This document shows positions 47,701 through 56,223 of a DNA stretch of 64,000 bases, in pieces. This DNA comes from Pirellulales bacterium (GTDB taxonomy: Bacteria > Planctomycetota > Planctomycetia > Pirellulales > JAICIG01), in contig JBBDYJ010000006.1 in NCBI GenBank assembly GCA_040901675.1, forward strand, positions 137,538 through 201,537, given 5' to 3'. Made by a program: the position numbers and the translations under genes. Every line of letters begins with the position of its first letter. Position 1 is the stretch's first letter. The notes below the pieces were generated by a model. It was not told the DNA's origin and did not search any database. It saw only the letters and a list, made by a program, of their open reading frames with translations.

Positions 47701-50642
47701 AGCGCGTCGGGCCGGTACCACGTCAGGAGCAAGGCCGTCGCGCAGGAAACCGCCGGCGCGACGCACATCAACCGGAAGAAGCCGGCCAGACCGGACTGGG
47801 CGCCGCGCTCGGCGCTGCTGGCGCTTTTCCACTCGAGCAGCTTCTTTTTCGTCCAGAGCACCCGCAGCAGCGTGCGCACGATCGCGTCGAGGCTGACGTA
47901 CGCCTCGTACGGGAGGAAGACCAGCGTAAACAGAGACTGGGCCGCTTGCTTGCCCAGCGCGCCGGCCGTCACTCGCAAGTGCGCCGGCAGCGGCAAGTCG
48001 GCCGGCTTGCGAAGCAGGTCGGTCGCCACCGACAGCAGCGGGACGGCCGCGGCGACCGCCAGCACGAAGATGGTTGCGGCCGTCCCCAGCGGTGGTCCCA
48101 GCAGCAGCCAACAGCTCAAGAGCAGCACCAGCATGGCGAAGGGTACGAGGCTTCGGCGAAGGTTGTCGAAGATTTTCCACCACGAAAGCGCGGTGATCGG
48201 ATTCTCGACGCGTCCCGCGGCGAGCCTCGGGACCCTGGGAAGCAACCAGCGGGCGATCTGCCAGTCGCCGCGCATCCAGCGGTGGCGCCGGCTGACGTCG
48301 GCGGGGTAGTGCCAGGGGTACTCCTCGTACAGCTCGACGTCGCTCAGCAGGCCGGACCGGGCATGGACGCTTTCCAGCAGGTCATGGCTCAAGATGGAGT
48401 TCTCGGGGAATCCGCCGCAACTCTGCTCGAAGGCGTCCACGTCGTAGATGCCCTTGCCCACGAACGACCCTTCGCCGAACAGATCCTGGTAAACGTCGGA
48501 GACGACGCGCGTGTACGGGTCGACGCCCGCGTCGCCCGCGAAGAGGCGTACGAACCACGACCGCTGCGCGCTCGGCAAGCTCACGCCGACGCGCGGCTGC
48601 AAGATGCCGTACCCCTCGGCAACCCGGCGGCCCTTCGGGTCCAGCACGGGGCGGTTGAGGGGGTGGGCCATCGCGCCGACCATTTCCCGCGCCGAGTCGC
48701 GCGGCAACTGCGTGTCGGTGTCGAGCGTGATGACGTATCGCACTTGGGGCAGCACGGTCGTGTCGCCGACGATTTGGGAGAACCGGTCCGCGCCGCCGCC
48801 GCGGACCAGCGCGTTGAGGTCCGCCAGCTTGCCGCGCTTTCGCTCGTAACCCATCCACACCCCTTCCTGCGCGTTCCACCGCCGCGGACGGTGGAAAAGG
48901 AAGAACGCGCCGGGCCGATGCTTCTCGTACTTCGCCTCGAGCTGCTCGATGCCTTCCTTCGCCAGGCGCACCAGTTCCTCGTCGGCCGGCATGACCCCCT
49001 GCGCCGCGTCCTCGAAATCGGTCAGCAGCGCAAAATGGAGGTGGTCGTCGCGGTTGGCCAGAAACCGAACTTCCAGCCCTTCCAGCAGGTCCGCCACGCC
49101 CTCGGCATTGAAGAGCATCGTCGGCACGATGACGATCGTCCGGTGCTCCGGCGGAATCCCCTGGCTGAAGTCCAGCCGCGGCAGCGGCCGAGGGTCTACC
49201 AGCAGGGTCGCCAACCAGTTGGCGACGCCGACGCCCAAATGTGCCGCGCAGAACAGGGCCGGGATGGCGAGCAAGCCTGGCCACAGGACGCTGGCCCCCT
49301 GCCAGCCCGAGGCCGCGAAGAATGCGGCCGTCACGCCCGCCGTGACCAGCAGCACACCGCACAGGTAAAAGAACAGCGGAAAGCGCCGGCCGATTCTGGC
49401 CGCCACGATCCGCGGCGACGACCGCATTTTCACGTTGCGCTCCAGGGCGGCGCGGCCCTGGTCAATGAGATAGTAGCCGACATGCGCCGTCCGATCGTCC
49501 GGTCTCTCCGCCGCCGCGGTGTCGGCGAGCTGAATCGCCTTGCGGGCAACGTCGTACTGCGACCAGCGGCTCCGCTTGGCGATCTCCTCCACCCCGTGGC
49601 GGTAACGATCGCGGGTGGCGAAGTCCATCCCGGTGTAGACACGCGCCGGGTCCTCCCGCAGGATCTGCTCGACCAGGCTGTGGTTCTCGACGAACTTCCG
49701 CCAGTCGTTCGAGCTGAGAAACCGGAGGCTGATGATGCTGTTGCCCATCGAGACCTGGTCGGCGGCCTGCGACTGCCCCTCGGCCAGGACGAGCCGTTCG
49801 GTCGTCAGCCCCTGCTCCGACAGCCGGTGCTCGAGCCAACTGTTGGCGAAGGCGAAATGCGGGCTCTGCCCTTGCAGGTGCCGAGTCAGCTCCGCCAGAA
49901 ACGCGCCCGAGAGAGGCGGGTCCGCGCGCGCCATGTCCGCCAGCACCAGCACCAGGTCAGTCGGGTTCCGTTCGACCACCTCCACCATCCGCTCCGCCCA
50001 GTCGTCGGCCAGGTCCTGGTCCTTTCGCCCCGTGGCCAACCGCGCCGCCACACGGCGCAAGTTTTCGATCAGTGCCAGCCGCAGCATGATCGGTACTGCC
50101 CAAAGCTCACCGAGCGTTAGCGGCTCGATCGTTTGGTAGGCCGCGATGAAGCCGTTGACGCTGTCGGCGTCTACCCGCCCATCGACGTGTGCGATCAACT
50201 CCAGGGCGATACCGTAGACCCGCGGGTAGCTCGCGGCCGGCCCACCGGCCAGCCGCGGCAGCTCCCGGCTGAACGCCCGCGGCAGGTGCCGCCGGGCGGT
50301 CCGGATCTGGTCTTCGATCAGATAGAAATTGTCGAGCAGCCATTCGGCCGCCGGCGCGATCCGCCGCTTCCGATTGACGGCGGCCGTCACCAGATGGTAC
50401 GTCTGAACGAGGATCCGCTCGTTCTCGTCCAGCCGCGACATGAGCTTGTCGGACACCCGCCCCGTCGCAAGCCGGTGGGACGCCGCCAACGATTTGGCAT
50501 GCCGCTGGAGTTGATCGACGCTGAACAGCTCCGCTCGCAGCGGCTGCTCGTCCACCCTCTTGGGGGACAGCCCGTCCCCGTCGCTGAACTTTCGCCAGGG
50601 GGACAGTCGGTCCAGTCGCGCCTTCAGTGAATGAACAACCAC
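41763..50642 (-). CDS. ndvB: Cyclic beta-1,2-glucan synthase (GT84 plus C-terminal GH94 phosphorylase)
   Basis: 2959 aa; WLLDNFYL, YERKRGKL, ITLDTDT, SHDLLE, RWMRGDWQ, YQSGGAFGFRDQLQD, DWNDGMN and RENGGQYTHAA motifs. Confidence 0.95.
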   Translation of the reverse strand: MVVHSLKARLDRLSPWRKFSDGDGLSPKRVDEQPLRAELFSVDQLQRHAKSLAASHRLATGRVSDKLMSRLDENERILVQTYHLVTAAVNRKRRIAPAAEWLLDNFYLIEDQIRTARRHLPRAFSRELPRLAGGPAASYPRVYGIALELIAHVDGRVDADSVNGFIAAYQTIEPLTLGELWAVPIMLRLALIENLRRVAARLATGRKDQDLADDWAERMVEVVERNPTDLVLVLADMARADPPLSGAFLAELTRHLQGQSPHFAFANSWLEHRLSEQGLTTERLVLAEGQSQAADQVSMGNSIISLRFLSSNDWRKFVENHSLVEQILREDPARVYTGMDFATRDRYRHGVEEIAKRSRWSQYDVARKAIQLADTAAAERPDDRTAHVGYYLIDQGRAALERNVKMRSSPRIVAARIGRRFPLFFYLCGVLLVTAGVTAAFFAASGWQGASVLWPGLLAIPALFCAAHLGVGVANWLATLLVDPRPLPRLDFSQGIPPEHRTIVIVPTMLFNAEGVADLLEGLEVRFLANRDDHLHFALLTDFEDAAQGVMPADEELVRLAKEGIEQLEAKYEKHRPGAFFLFHRPRRWNAQEGVWMGYERKRGKLADLNALVRGGGADRFSQIVGDTTVLPQVRYVITLDTDTQLPRDSAREMVGAMAHPLNRPVLDPKGRRVAEGYGILQPRVGVSLPSAQRSWFVRLFAGDAGVDPYTRVVSDVYQDLFGEGSFVGKGIYDVDAFEQSCGGFPENSILSHDLLESVHARSGLLSDVELYEEYPWHYPADVSRRHRWMRGDWQIARWLLPRVPRLAAGRVENPITALSWWKIFDNLRRSLVPFAMLVLLLSCWLLLGPPLGTAATIFVLAVAAAVPLLSVATDLLRKPADLPLPAHLRVTAGALGKQAAQSLFTLVFLPYEAYVSLDAIVRTLLRVLWTKKKLLEWKSASSAERGAQSGLAGFFRLMCVAPAVSCATALLLTWYRPDALPMAGPLLGLWFVSPIVAWWLSQPLAPPPVRLSDKQRHFLEKLARRTWRFFEVFVTQEENWLPPDNFQEHPAPTIASRTSPTNIGVTLLSNLAAYDFGYCSVGRLLDRTQKSFGTLARMERYRGHFYNWYDTRSLKPLPPRYVSTVDSGNLAGHLLVLRGGLLELAETELLPRRVFGGLRDTARVLLDVANGLHRTGQQDRTGLLAADVLRKIEQLVKDLEHRPYTLSAAAALLSRLVVAAAEITAAAGADEELQWWASAFERSCLEHRDDLLHMAAWTELPPPPQDIRLHGSPEQLQRLGQFDALWKRLQAVPSLREVATLPSSLLPALDAIVEQFLGPPDRQPDSLARATDWFGQLRRAIIDASQRAADRIKTLEQIADQCQELADMDFSFLLDKSRDLFAIGYNVDERRLDGSFYDLLASEARLASFVAIAQGQVGQEHWFALGRMLTTTAGAPALLSWSGSMFEYLMPLLVMPTYVNTLLDRTCRAVVRRQIDYGRQRGLPWGMSESGYNALDVQMNYQYRAFGVPGLGLKRGLAEDLVIAPYASALALMVAPEAACRNLERLAREGVEGAYGLYEAVDFTPLRVPRGLTGVAVRQFMAHHQGMSLLSLACLLLDRPMQRRFAADPMLRAADLLLQERVPKASAPVFPHVAEASATRTVSVEEEGTTRVFTDPAGAAPEVNLLSNGRYHVVITIAGGGYSRWRDLAVTRWREDPTRDCWGSFCYLRDLESGVLWSTAWQPTLTHTKRYQAIFTQARAEFRRRDERIDTHTEISVSPEDDVELRRITLTNRSESARTIEVTSYAEVVLAQQGQDLSHPAFSNLFVQTELVPDRQAILCTRRPRSADERPPWMVHLMTVRGTTVGEASFETDRMKFIGRGGSLASPAAMDGRRRLSDSQGPVLDPVVCIRHAILLEPNETARVDLVTGVAETRLAVTAMMNKYHDPHLADRVFELAWTHSHILLRQLNATEADAQAYARLAGSVIYASALRRAKPSVLIRNRRSQSGLWGYGISGDLPIVLVRIHDRARVELVRQAVQAHAYWRMKGLGVDMVIWNEDESVYRQTLQDTIMDVIAASPEATLVDKPGGIFVRRGEQMSEEDRSLLRTVARVFLLDDAGTLREQVERRGRGEVSIAAFKPLRRRSETTPVDEVPRRDLAFFNGLGGFSRDGREYVTLLGPAQTTPAPWINVIANPQFGTVVSESGSAYTWSENSHEFRLTPWCNDPVTDTGGEAIYVRDEENGHFWSPAPFPARGEMSYVARHGFGYSIFEYAQDGIVTELCLFVAADEPVKFARLRITNRAGRPRRLSVTSYWEWVLGELRDKTLLHVVTELDPISGALFARNSYSSEFAERIVFVDSSETVRTVTADRTEFLGRNGTPANPAALRRIRLSGRIGAGLDPCAALQVPVELEDGEEKDVVFILGAARDEAQARQLVQRFRGAASAQRALEGVWHYWSRSLGTVHFETPDPAVNFLANGWLIYQVLACRMWARTGFYQSGGAFGFRDQLQDAMALVHAEPAALREHLLRAAARQFREGDVQHWWHPPAGRGVRTHFSDDYLWLPYATCRYVAATGDTGVLDEGLPFLNARPVRPEEDSYYDLPQVSGDFGTLYEHCVRAIDNGLRFGAHGLPLMGCGDWNDGMNLVGAQGQGESVWLAFFLYDALTRFAELARRRGDAATADKYAIEAGRLRGNIEEHAWDGDWYRRAYFDDGTPLGSASNPECRIDALPQSWSVLSGAGTSARSLTAMNSVDRLLVRRDARLIQLLEPPFDMSPLNPGYIKGYVPGVRENGGQYTHAAVWTVMAFAAMGDSQRAWELFSLINPVTHAATSQAVATYRVEPYVVAADVYAVAPHTGRGGWTWYTGSAGWMYRLITESLLGLQLHVDKLRFAPCLPQSWSTFKIHYRYRETFYHITFRNGGGSTVERVVVDGNQQPERTVPLVDDRNDHHVEVEVGPAPGPDAAGMGLAAVENTVAMKTE

Positions 50643-50720
50643 CCAGGACCCCTCGTGACCAAGTTTCCCGCCTGCCTTCAGGCGAGGTTGTCCCTGGTTT
50701 AGTCGATCATTGTCAGAAGA

Positions 50721-50801
50721 TCAACACGCGCCCGACGGTTGATGATCAGCCAGAGCGCGTGGAATCAAGATCACGAGCAAGATAGTGGACATGGAAATCA
50801 T
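50721..50801 (-). pseudogene. 26-codon ORF with strong RBS; possible DUF3309-type small membrane protein remnant
   Basis: AAGGAG-N7-ATG; MISMSTILLVILIPRALADHQPSGAC*. Confidence 0.35.
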
Positions 50802-50831
50802 GCTTATTCTCCTTCAAAAATGACTCAGTAT

Positions 50832-52133
50832 TCATCGCTGAGGTTTCACCCGCAGCCTCGCCGACGGCTCCGGCTGCGCTCGGTCGTCGGGCACTGGCGG
50901 CATGAGGCTGGGAACAGGCAGGCGCCGCACTAACGCATCGGTCTCTCGGCTGGCGGGCACCTGCACCTGGCTGGCCGGTACCAGCATTCGCACCAGTTGG
51001 ACCACACCCTGGGAGTGGTCCGGCTGCGACAACAACACTCGCGTCCGATCATCGACCAGCGCCGCGCCCTGGCTGCCTGACTGGCAGAGGCCGCCAAGCT
51101 GAAGCTGCTGGCCATCCATCGCAAAGCCGACTGCGAGTTCGGCGAAGGGGAGCGGATCGTCCGGCGACGGCAAGTCGGCGGCTGGCATCCGCAACTGGTC
51201 TCGAGCCGAAGCCAACAGCGACCGGCTGACCAGGCCGGGCCCGGCGGTCAGCTTGCCGGCGGCCAGCGTCAGCCGCCCCTGGTCGAAGACCGCCTCGCGC
51301 ACTTCGAGTTGGGCGGTGCCGCTCAAGCGGTGCGGAAAATGGTCGGTCACCAGAGCGTCCAAGTCGATTTCGGAAAACAGGCCGGTCAGCTCGCCCTGCC
51401 AATCGCCGCGGGCGTCGTCGGCCCAGAAACGGCCGTTGAAGCGCGAGCGTGGGCCAAGCCAGCTCGCCGTGTCGGCCAGCGGCGATGCCAGCGAACAGGG
51501 CAGGGGAGTGCCGCCGGTGGACAGATCGAACCGCGTGGCGGCGGAGCTGCCGCCGCGGCCGCGCACCAGGCGCAGCCTGGCCGGCTCGGGCATTTCAATC
51601 CCCGCCAGGGTGAACCGCAAGCTGAGCGTGTCCTTGCGGCCGGCACTTTCGAGGTAGCCGCTGACGCCGGTGAAGGTCTGTGGGCCGCCTGGCGACTGCC
51701 AAGTGACGTCGCAGGGCGAGAGGTCCAGTGGGGTTTGCCAACCGGCGGTCTGCCGGCGCAGCCGGGCCAGCAGCCATTGCCCGAGGCGGGGCATGGCGTC
51801 TGGGTGGATCACCGGCTGCGACGCGGTCAGCACGAGGCCGCCGCTGGAGCGGCCTGCCTCCAGCAATCGGCAGGAGAGCAGCCGCCGGCCGGTGTCGGGA
51901 TCGGCCACTTCGAGACCATGGTACAGGGTGACTCCTGGCCGGGGATGCGATACATCGGCCAGCGAGACTTCGAGGCCCAGGAGCGATGCGAGTTGCCGCT
52001 TGCTGCCCGCGACGTGCAACGGGGCGTTCACCAGCGCGCTGTAGCCAAGCACGATGCCGGTAGGCAGCAAGCAGGCCAGGCAGAACCCCGCGCGGCAGAG
52101 GCTGCGTCGAGTTGTTTCGTGCAGTTGGAACAT
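50832..52133 (-). CDS. Hypothetical protein, N-terminal TM then beta-rich region (AsmA-like architecture possible)
   Basis: 433-aa ORF immediately downstream of aroC, single N-terminal TM. Confidence 0.7.
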   Translation of the reverse strand: MFQLHETTRRSLCRAGFCLACLLPTGIVLGYSALVNAPLHVAGSKRQLASLLGLEVSLADVSHPRPGVTLYHGLEVADPDTGRRLLSCRLLEAGRSSGGLVLTASQPVIHPDAMPRLGQWLLARLRRQTAGWQTPLDLSPCDVTWQSPGGPQTFTGVSGYLESAGRKDTLSLRFTLAGIEMPEPARLRLVRGRGGSSAATRFDLSTGGTPLPCSLASPLADTASWLGPRSRFNGRFWADDARGDWQGELTGLFSEIDLDALVTDHFPHRLSGTAQLEVREAVFDQGRLTLAAGKLTAGPGLVSRSLLASARDQLRMPAADLPSPDDPLPFAELAVGFAMDGQQLQLGGLCQSGSQGAALVDDRTRVLLSQPDHSQGVVQLVRMLVPASQVQVPASRETDALVRRLPVPSLMPPVPDDRAQPEPSARLRVKPQR

Positions 52134-52195
52134 CCTTGTTCGCGCTTCGACTGTTCAAACTGAGGAGGAGTGCTTCCAGCCTGCCTTGAATCAGC

Positions 52196-53335
52196 TCACC
52201 TTTGGGCGGCGAGCTGGTGGAACATTTTCCAGCGGGCCTGCATTTCGACGAGACTGTCGCCGCCGAACTTGTCGACGAGCGCGGCGGCGACCTCAAAGGC
52301 CACGACGTTTTCGAGGATCACCCCGGCTGCCGGGACCGCGCACACGTCGCTGCGCTCGTAGGAGGCCGACTCGGGTTGCTTCGTTGCCAGGTTGACCGAC
52401 TCCAGCGGCTTGCGCAGCGTGCTGATCGGCTTTTTGGCGGCGCGGATCACCAGTGGCTGGCCGTTGGTCATGCCGGCTTCCAGCCCCCCGGCGTTGTTCG
52501 TCGGCCGGCTGTAGCCGAGCGTCGTCGTGCCTTGCGCCGCCGTGTCGTAATGGATCGGATCGTGTACCTGCGAGCCCCGCCTGCGGGCGGCCTCGAAGCC
52601 CAGGCCGATCTCGACCCCCTTGATGGCTTGCACGGCCATGACCGCCTGGGCCAACCGGCCATCGAGCTTGCGGTCCCACTGGGCGTGCGTGCCCAAGCCG
52701 AAGGGGAGCCCCTCGACGCGGACTTCGAGGACGCCGCCCAGCGTGTCGCCCTCCTTGCCGCACTCGTCGATCAGTTGCTTGACCTCGCCGTCCTGGTCGG
52801 GGTTGAGCGAATAGATTTCGCTGGCGTCGCGCAGCTTGCGCTGCTCGGCGAGCGTGCCCGGCCGTGGGTCGATGCGGATGCCGCCGAGTTCCACCGTATA
52901 GCCGAAGGCCTCGATGCCGAACTGCGCCAGCAGTTGCTTGGCCAGCGCTCCGGCCGCCACGCGGGCGGCGGTTTCACGGGCGCTGGCTCGTTCGAGGACC
53001 GCCCGGATCGATCCCAGGTACTTGATCGCACCGGTCAGGTCTCCATGGCCGGGGCGGGGCCGCTCCAGGTCGCCGAGCCGCTCGAGCTTGCTGTCCTTAT
53101 TGATGATTTCCAAGGCGATGGGGCTGCCCAGCGTATGGCCATGCCAGATGCCCGCCTTGATTTCGACGCGGTCGGTCTCGATCCGCTGGCGTCCGCCGCG
53201 GCCGTATCCGCCCTGGCGGCGCCGCAGCTCGGCGTCGATGGGCGCGGTATCGACGGCAACGCCGGAGGGAAAGCCGTCGACAAGGGCCAACAGGGCCGTG
53301 CCGTGCGATTCGCCCGCGGTCCAATAGCGCAGCAT
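52196..53335 (-). CDS. aroC: Chorismate synthase
   Basis: TAGESHG, RRRQGGYGRG, PRPGHGD, ERASARET, NNAGGLEAG and ERSDVC motifs. Confidence 0.97.
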   Translation of the reverse strand: MLRYWTAGESHGTALLALVDGFPSGVAVDTAPIDAELRRRQGGYGRGGRQRIETDRVEIKAGIWHGHTLGSPIALEIINKDSKLERLGDLERPRPGHGDLTGAIKYLGSIRAVLERASARETAARVAAGALAKQLLAQFGIEAFGYTVELGGIRIDPRPGTLAEQRKLRDASEIYSLNPDQDGEVKQLIDECGKEGDTLGGVLEVRVEGLPFGLGTHAQWDRKLDGRLAQAVMAVQAIKGVEIGLGFEAARRRGSQVHDPIHYDTAAQGTTTLGYSRPTNNAGGLEAGMTNGQPLVIRAAKKPISTLRKPLESVNLATKQPESASYERSDVCAVPAAGVILENVVAFEVAAALVDKFGGDSLVEMQARWKMFHQLAAQR

Positions 53336-53426
53336 GCGAGGAGCCTGGAGAGGAACGGCCCGCTTTCGGGCCTTTAAGCCTCAATTTTAACTGGAGCCGC
53401 GAGTCGGTGATAGGTCGGTTGGCGGC

Positions 53427-53726
53427 TTAGTCGAGGTGGTCTGAGCCGTTTCCGGGCATCAGCCGGATCGATAGGAAGCACAGCGACTTGTCGTCGAACG
53501 TATAAAAGACGCAGACGGGCGGAAAGTCGTCCCTGACAAGCGGGAAATACCAAACCTTGGAATCCTGGGATGATTGGTAACCAAGTTCCGGCCGCCGTAC
53601 GAAGGCCCACTCAAGCCCACGGAGACACTCGTCCGCCTGAACGAAGTCGGGCTCGATCTGCTCCAGCTCGCGGTCGAATCGCTCTTCGTAGACGATCGAC
53701 CTATTCGGCCGCTCCTCGTCGGACAA
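53427..53726 (-). CDS. Putative RelE/ParE-fold toxin
   Basis: IVYEERFDRELEQI...RPELG...VWYF...VFYTF...LCFLSI follows the RelE secondary-structure pattern; overlaps the PanA stop. TTG start at 53726 is a guess (ORF is open to 53792). Confidence 0.55.
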   Translation of the reverse strand: MSDEERPNRSIVYEERFDRELEQIEPDFVQADECLRGLEWAFVRRPELGYQSSQDSKVWYFPLVRDDFPPVCVFYTFDDKSLCFLSIRLMPGNGSDHLD

Positions 53727-54336
53727 GCGCCTTCTCCGCGAGGGGTTCGAGGGTGGAAGCATATTGATCGGCCTGCTCAGAGCGCGAGCCACGCTGAACC
53801 AGCGCTACCTCGTAGGGGATCGTTTCCCATTTCTTGGCAAGCTTCCAACCGATGAAGTGATGCGATTTGGCGCTGATTTCTCGGGCGGAGAGTCCCCAGG
53901 CATCTTGTATGAGCTGCGTGACCAGCACCACGTCGTCGACCGAGAAGTCGCTCATGTCCGGCTCGCGAAGAGGCAGAAGCCTCTTTTGCACTCGATCGAA
54001 GTAGCGCGTGGAGCGAATCACCGCGTCACCATCCGCCAGCATGCCCCGCACCACCTCAACCATCCGGCGCGGAGCAGGGCCATTGTCCAGCTTGACGTAC
54101 TCCTGGCCCGTGATCGACCGCTTCAGCCGCTTGTAGGCCAGGAAGTCGGCAAAAAAGAGCAGCTTGTTCAACTTGGTCGCGCCGAAAGCAGGATCCATCT
54201 CGCAGCGCTGGGCAATAAAAAGCGCCAGTTCACGGAGCTTCCTGTCACTAGACGCATCGGGCTGTGCGGTTGTCTTGCCCACGGCTGATCTTCTTGGCTG
54301 CGACTGAACAATATGCGTTGCGGCCCGGGAGGGCAC
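53701..54336 (-). CDS. Panacea (DUF4065/SocA-like) antitoxin
   Basis: TKLNKLLFFADF...ITGQEYVKLDNGPAP...EISAKSH...W motifs. Start may be downstream. Confidence 0.85.
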   Translation of the reverse strand: MPSRAATHIVQSQPRRSAVGKTTAQPDASSDRKLRELALFIAQRCEMDPAFGATKLNKLLFFADFLAYKRLKRSITGQEYVKLDNGPAPRRMVEVVRGMLADGDAVIRSTRYFDRVQKRLLPLREPDMSDFSVDDVVLVTQLIQDAWGLSAREISAKSHHFIGWKLAKKWETIPYEVALVQRGSRSEQADQYASTLEPLAEKALVRRGAAE

Positions 54337-54506
54337 ACTTCCATTATAGCTGGTTGCCCCTAGTCCGCAGTAGTTTTCGCGGGGGTTCCTTGCGGCCTTG
54401 GTGCCGCGGGCCTGGTTGAGTTGCCCCTAGCGGTTGGGGGCGGGTAGAATCAAGGGCGTTCGAGAGCCGATTCTCCATTGGACGACCAGGCGGGGAGACA
54501 CGAGGC

Positions 54507-56093
54507 GTGTCGCGCACTTCTGCACACCGTTGGTTGACGATCGCGGCCGGCTGTTGGCTGGCCTGCGCCCATGGCGCGCCGGCAGACGACGATTTCTGGG
54601 CGGCGCCGGACGCCGCCGCCATGACCCGGCGGGTCGATGAGCTGCTGCTGGAGCGGATGACCCAGGCGGGCGTCGAGCCGGCAGGCCGAAGCGGCGATGC
54701 GGAGTTCCTGCGGCGAGCCTGGCTGGACGTCAACGGCGTCATCCCGATGGCATCCGACGTGCGGGAGTTTCTCGGCGACGTCCGAAGCGAGAAGCGAGCG
54801 CTGGCCGTCGAGCGGCTCTTGAACAGCCCACGTTACGCCACGCACCTGGCCAACGTCTGGTCGAACATGCTGCTGCCGGCCGACGCCCAGATCGAACGGA
54901 TCGAGCAGACGGCCCAGTTCAACGGTTGGCTGCGGCGGCGCTTCGCCGAGAACACGCGCTACGACACGCTGGTGGCCGACCTGCTGACGACCACGGGCGA
55001 CGGGGACCGGGCCGGCGCGGTGCTGTTCTACACGGCGGCCGAGGTCAAGCCGGAGGAACTGGCGGCCAGCACGTCGCGGATTTTTTTGGGGGTGCAGATT
55101 CAATGCGCCCAGTGTCACGACCATCCGTTCGACGAGTGGAAGCAGCGCGACTTCTGGTCGTACGCGGCCTTTTTCGCGCGGCTGCAGACTTCGACGGGGG
55201 GCGGGCCGATGGCCACGGCGCTCGTCGATGCCCCGCGGGGCGAGGTCATGCTGCCCGACAGCGAGGAGGTCGTGCTGCCCAAGTACCTTGGCGCCGAACC
55301 ACCCCGAGAGGACGCCGACGTGAACCGGCGGAGGCAACTGGCCATCTGGATGGTGTCGCGCGACAACCCTTACTTCGCCCGCGTGGCGGCCAACCGGGTC
55401 TGGGCCCAGCTCTTCGGCCAGGGACTCGTACATCCCGTGGACGACTTCGGCGAGCACAATCCCCCCAGCCATCCGCAACTGCTCGACGAGCTGGCGGCCT
55501 GGTTCGTCGCTGCTGGCTACGACCTGCGGGCCTTGTATGGAGTGCTGGCCAATACCGAGGCCTATCAGCGGACCAGCCGGGTCGATGCCCGGGCCAGCCC
55601 GGACGAAGCGCCGCCGGAGTTGTTTTCGCGCATGGCGATCAAGACGCTGACTCCCGACCAGCTCTACGACTGCCTGTTGCGGGCCACGCGGCTGGCCGAG
55701 GCCGAACAGGCGGGCGGCCCGGGCCCGATCTCGGCGGCCGAGCTGAACCGGCGGCAGTTTCTGGCGCGCTTCACCATGGGGACGCACGAGGCGGTCGAGT
55801 TTCAGGCAGGCATCCCGCAGGTGCTGGCCCTGATGAACGGCTCGCTCACCGCGCGTGCAACCGACCCGGATCAAGGCAGCGTGCTGCAGGCGTTGGCTGC
55901 GCCGTTTTTCAGCGATGGCGAGCGGGTGGAATCGTTGTTCCTGGCCACGCTCTCGCGCCCGCCGCGCGACGCGGAGCGGGCGAGGTTTGTCGAGTATGTT
56001 GAAATGGGCGGGCCGACCGCGGACCGGCGGCGGGCCCTGGGCGACCTGCTGTGGGCCCTGCTCAATAGTCCGGAGTTTGTTTTCAACCATTAG
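54507..56093 (+). CDS. DUF1549/DUF1553 planctomycete protein with CxxCH motif
   Basis: FLRRAWLD, FLGVQIQCAQCHDHPF, NPYFARVAANRVW, NPPSHPQLLDELA and LLNSPEFVFNH motifs. Confidence 0.93.
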   Translation: MSRTSAHRWLTIAAGCWLACAHGAPADDDFWAAPDAAAMTRRVDELLLERMTQAGVEPAGRSGDAEFLRRAWLDVNGVIPMASDVREFLGDVRSEKRALAVERLLNSPRYATHLANVWSNMLLPADAQIERIEQTAQFNGWLRRRFAENTRYDTLVADLLTTTGDGDRAGAVLFYTAAEVKPEELAASTSRIFLGVQIQCAQCHDHPFDEWKQRDFWSYAAFFARLQTSTGGGPMATALVDAPRGEVMLPDSEEVVLPKYLGAEPPREDADVNRRRQLAIWMVSRDNPYFARVAANRVWAQLFGQGLVHPVDDFGEHNPPSHPQLLDELAAWFVAAGYDLRALYGVLANTEAYQRTSRVDARASPDEAPPELFSRMAIKTLTPDQLYDCLLRATRLAEAEQAGGPGPISAAELNRRQFLARFTMGTHEAVEFQAGIPQVLALMNGSLTARATDPDQGSVLQALAAPFFSDGERVESLFLATLSRPPRDAERARFVEYVEMGGPTADRRRALGDLLWALLNSPEFVFNH

Positions 56094-56173
56094 GGCAGGC
56101 CGGAGGCTGGAGGCTGGAGGACGCACGAAAGAGGGACGGACCCCTTCCTTCATCGGGCGCCTGGGCGCCATCG

Positions 56174-56207
56174 AGTGCCTGGGGCAAAGCGATAAGCGTG
56201 CCCCAGT
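56174..56207 (-). repeat. Inverted copy of the 6385 REP core
   Basis: Reverse complement reads ACTGGGGCACGCTTATCGCTTTGCCCCAGGCACT. Confidence 0.75.
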
Positions 56208-56223
56208 CCCTGCGAGGAAAATA

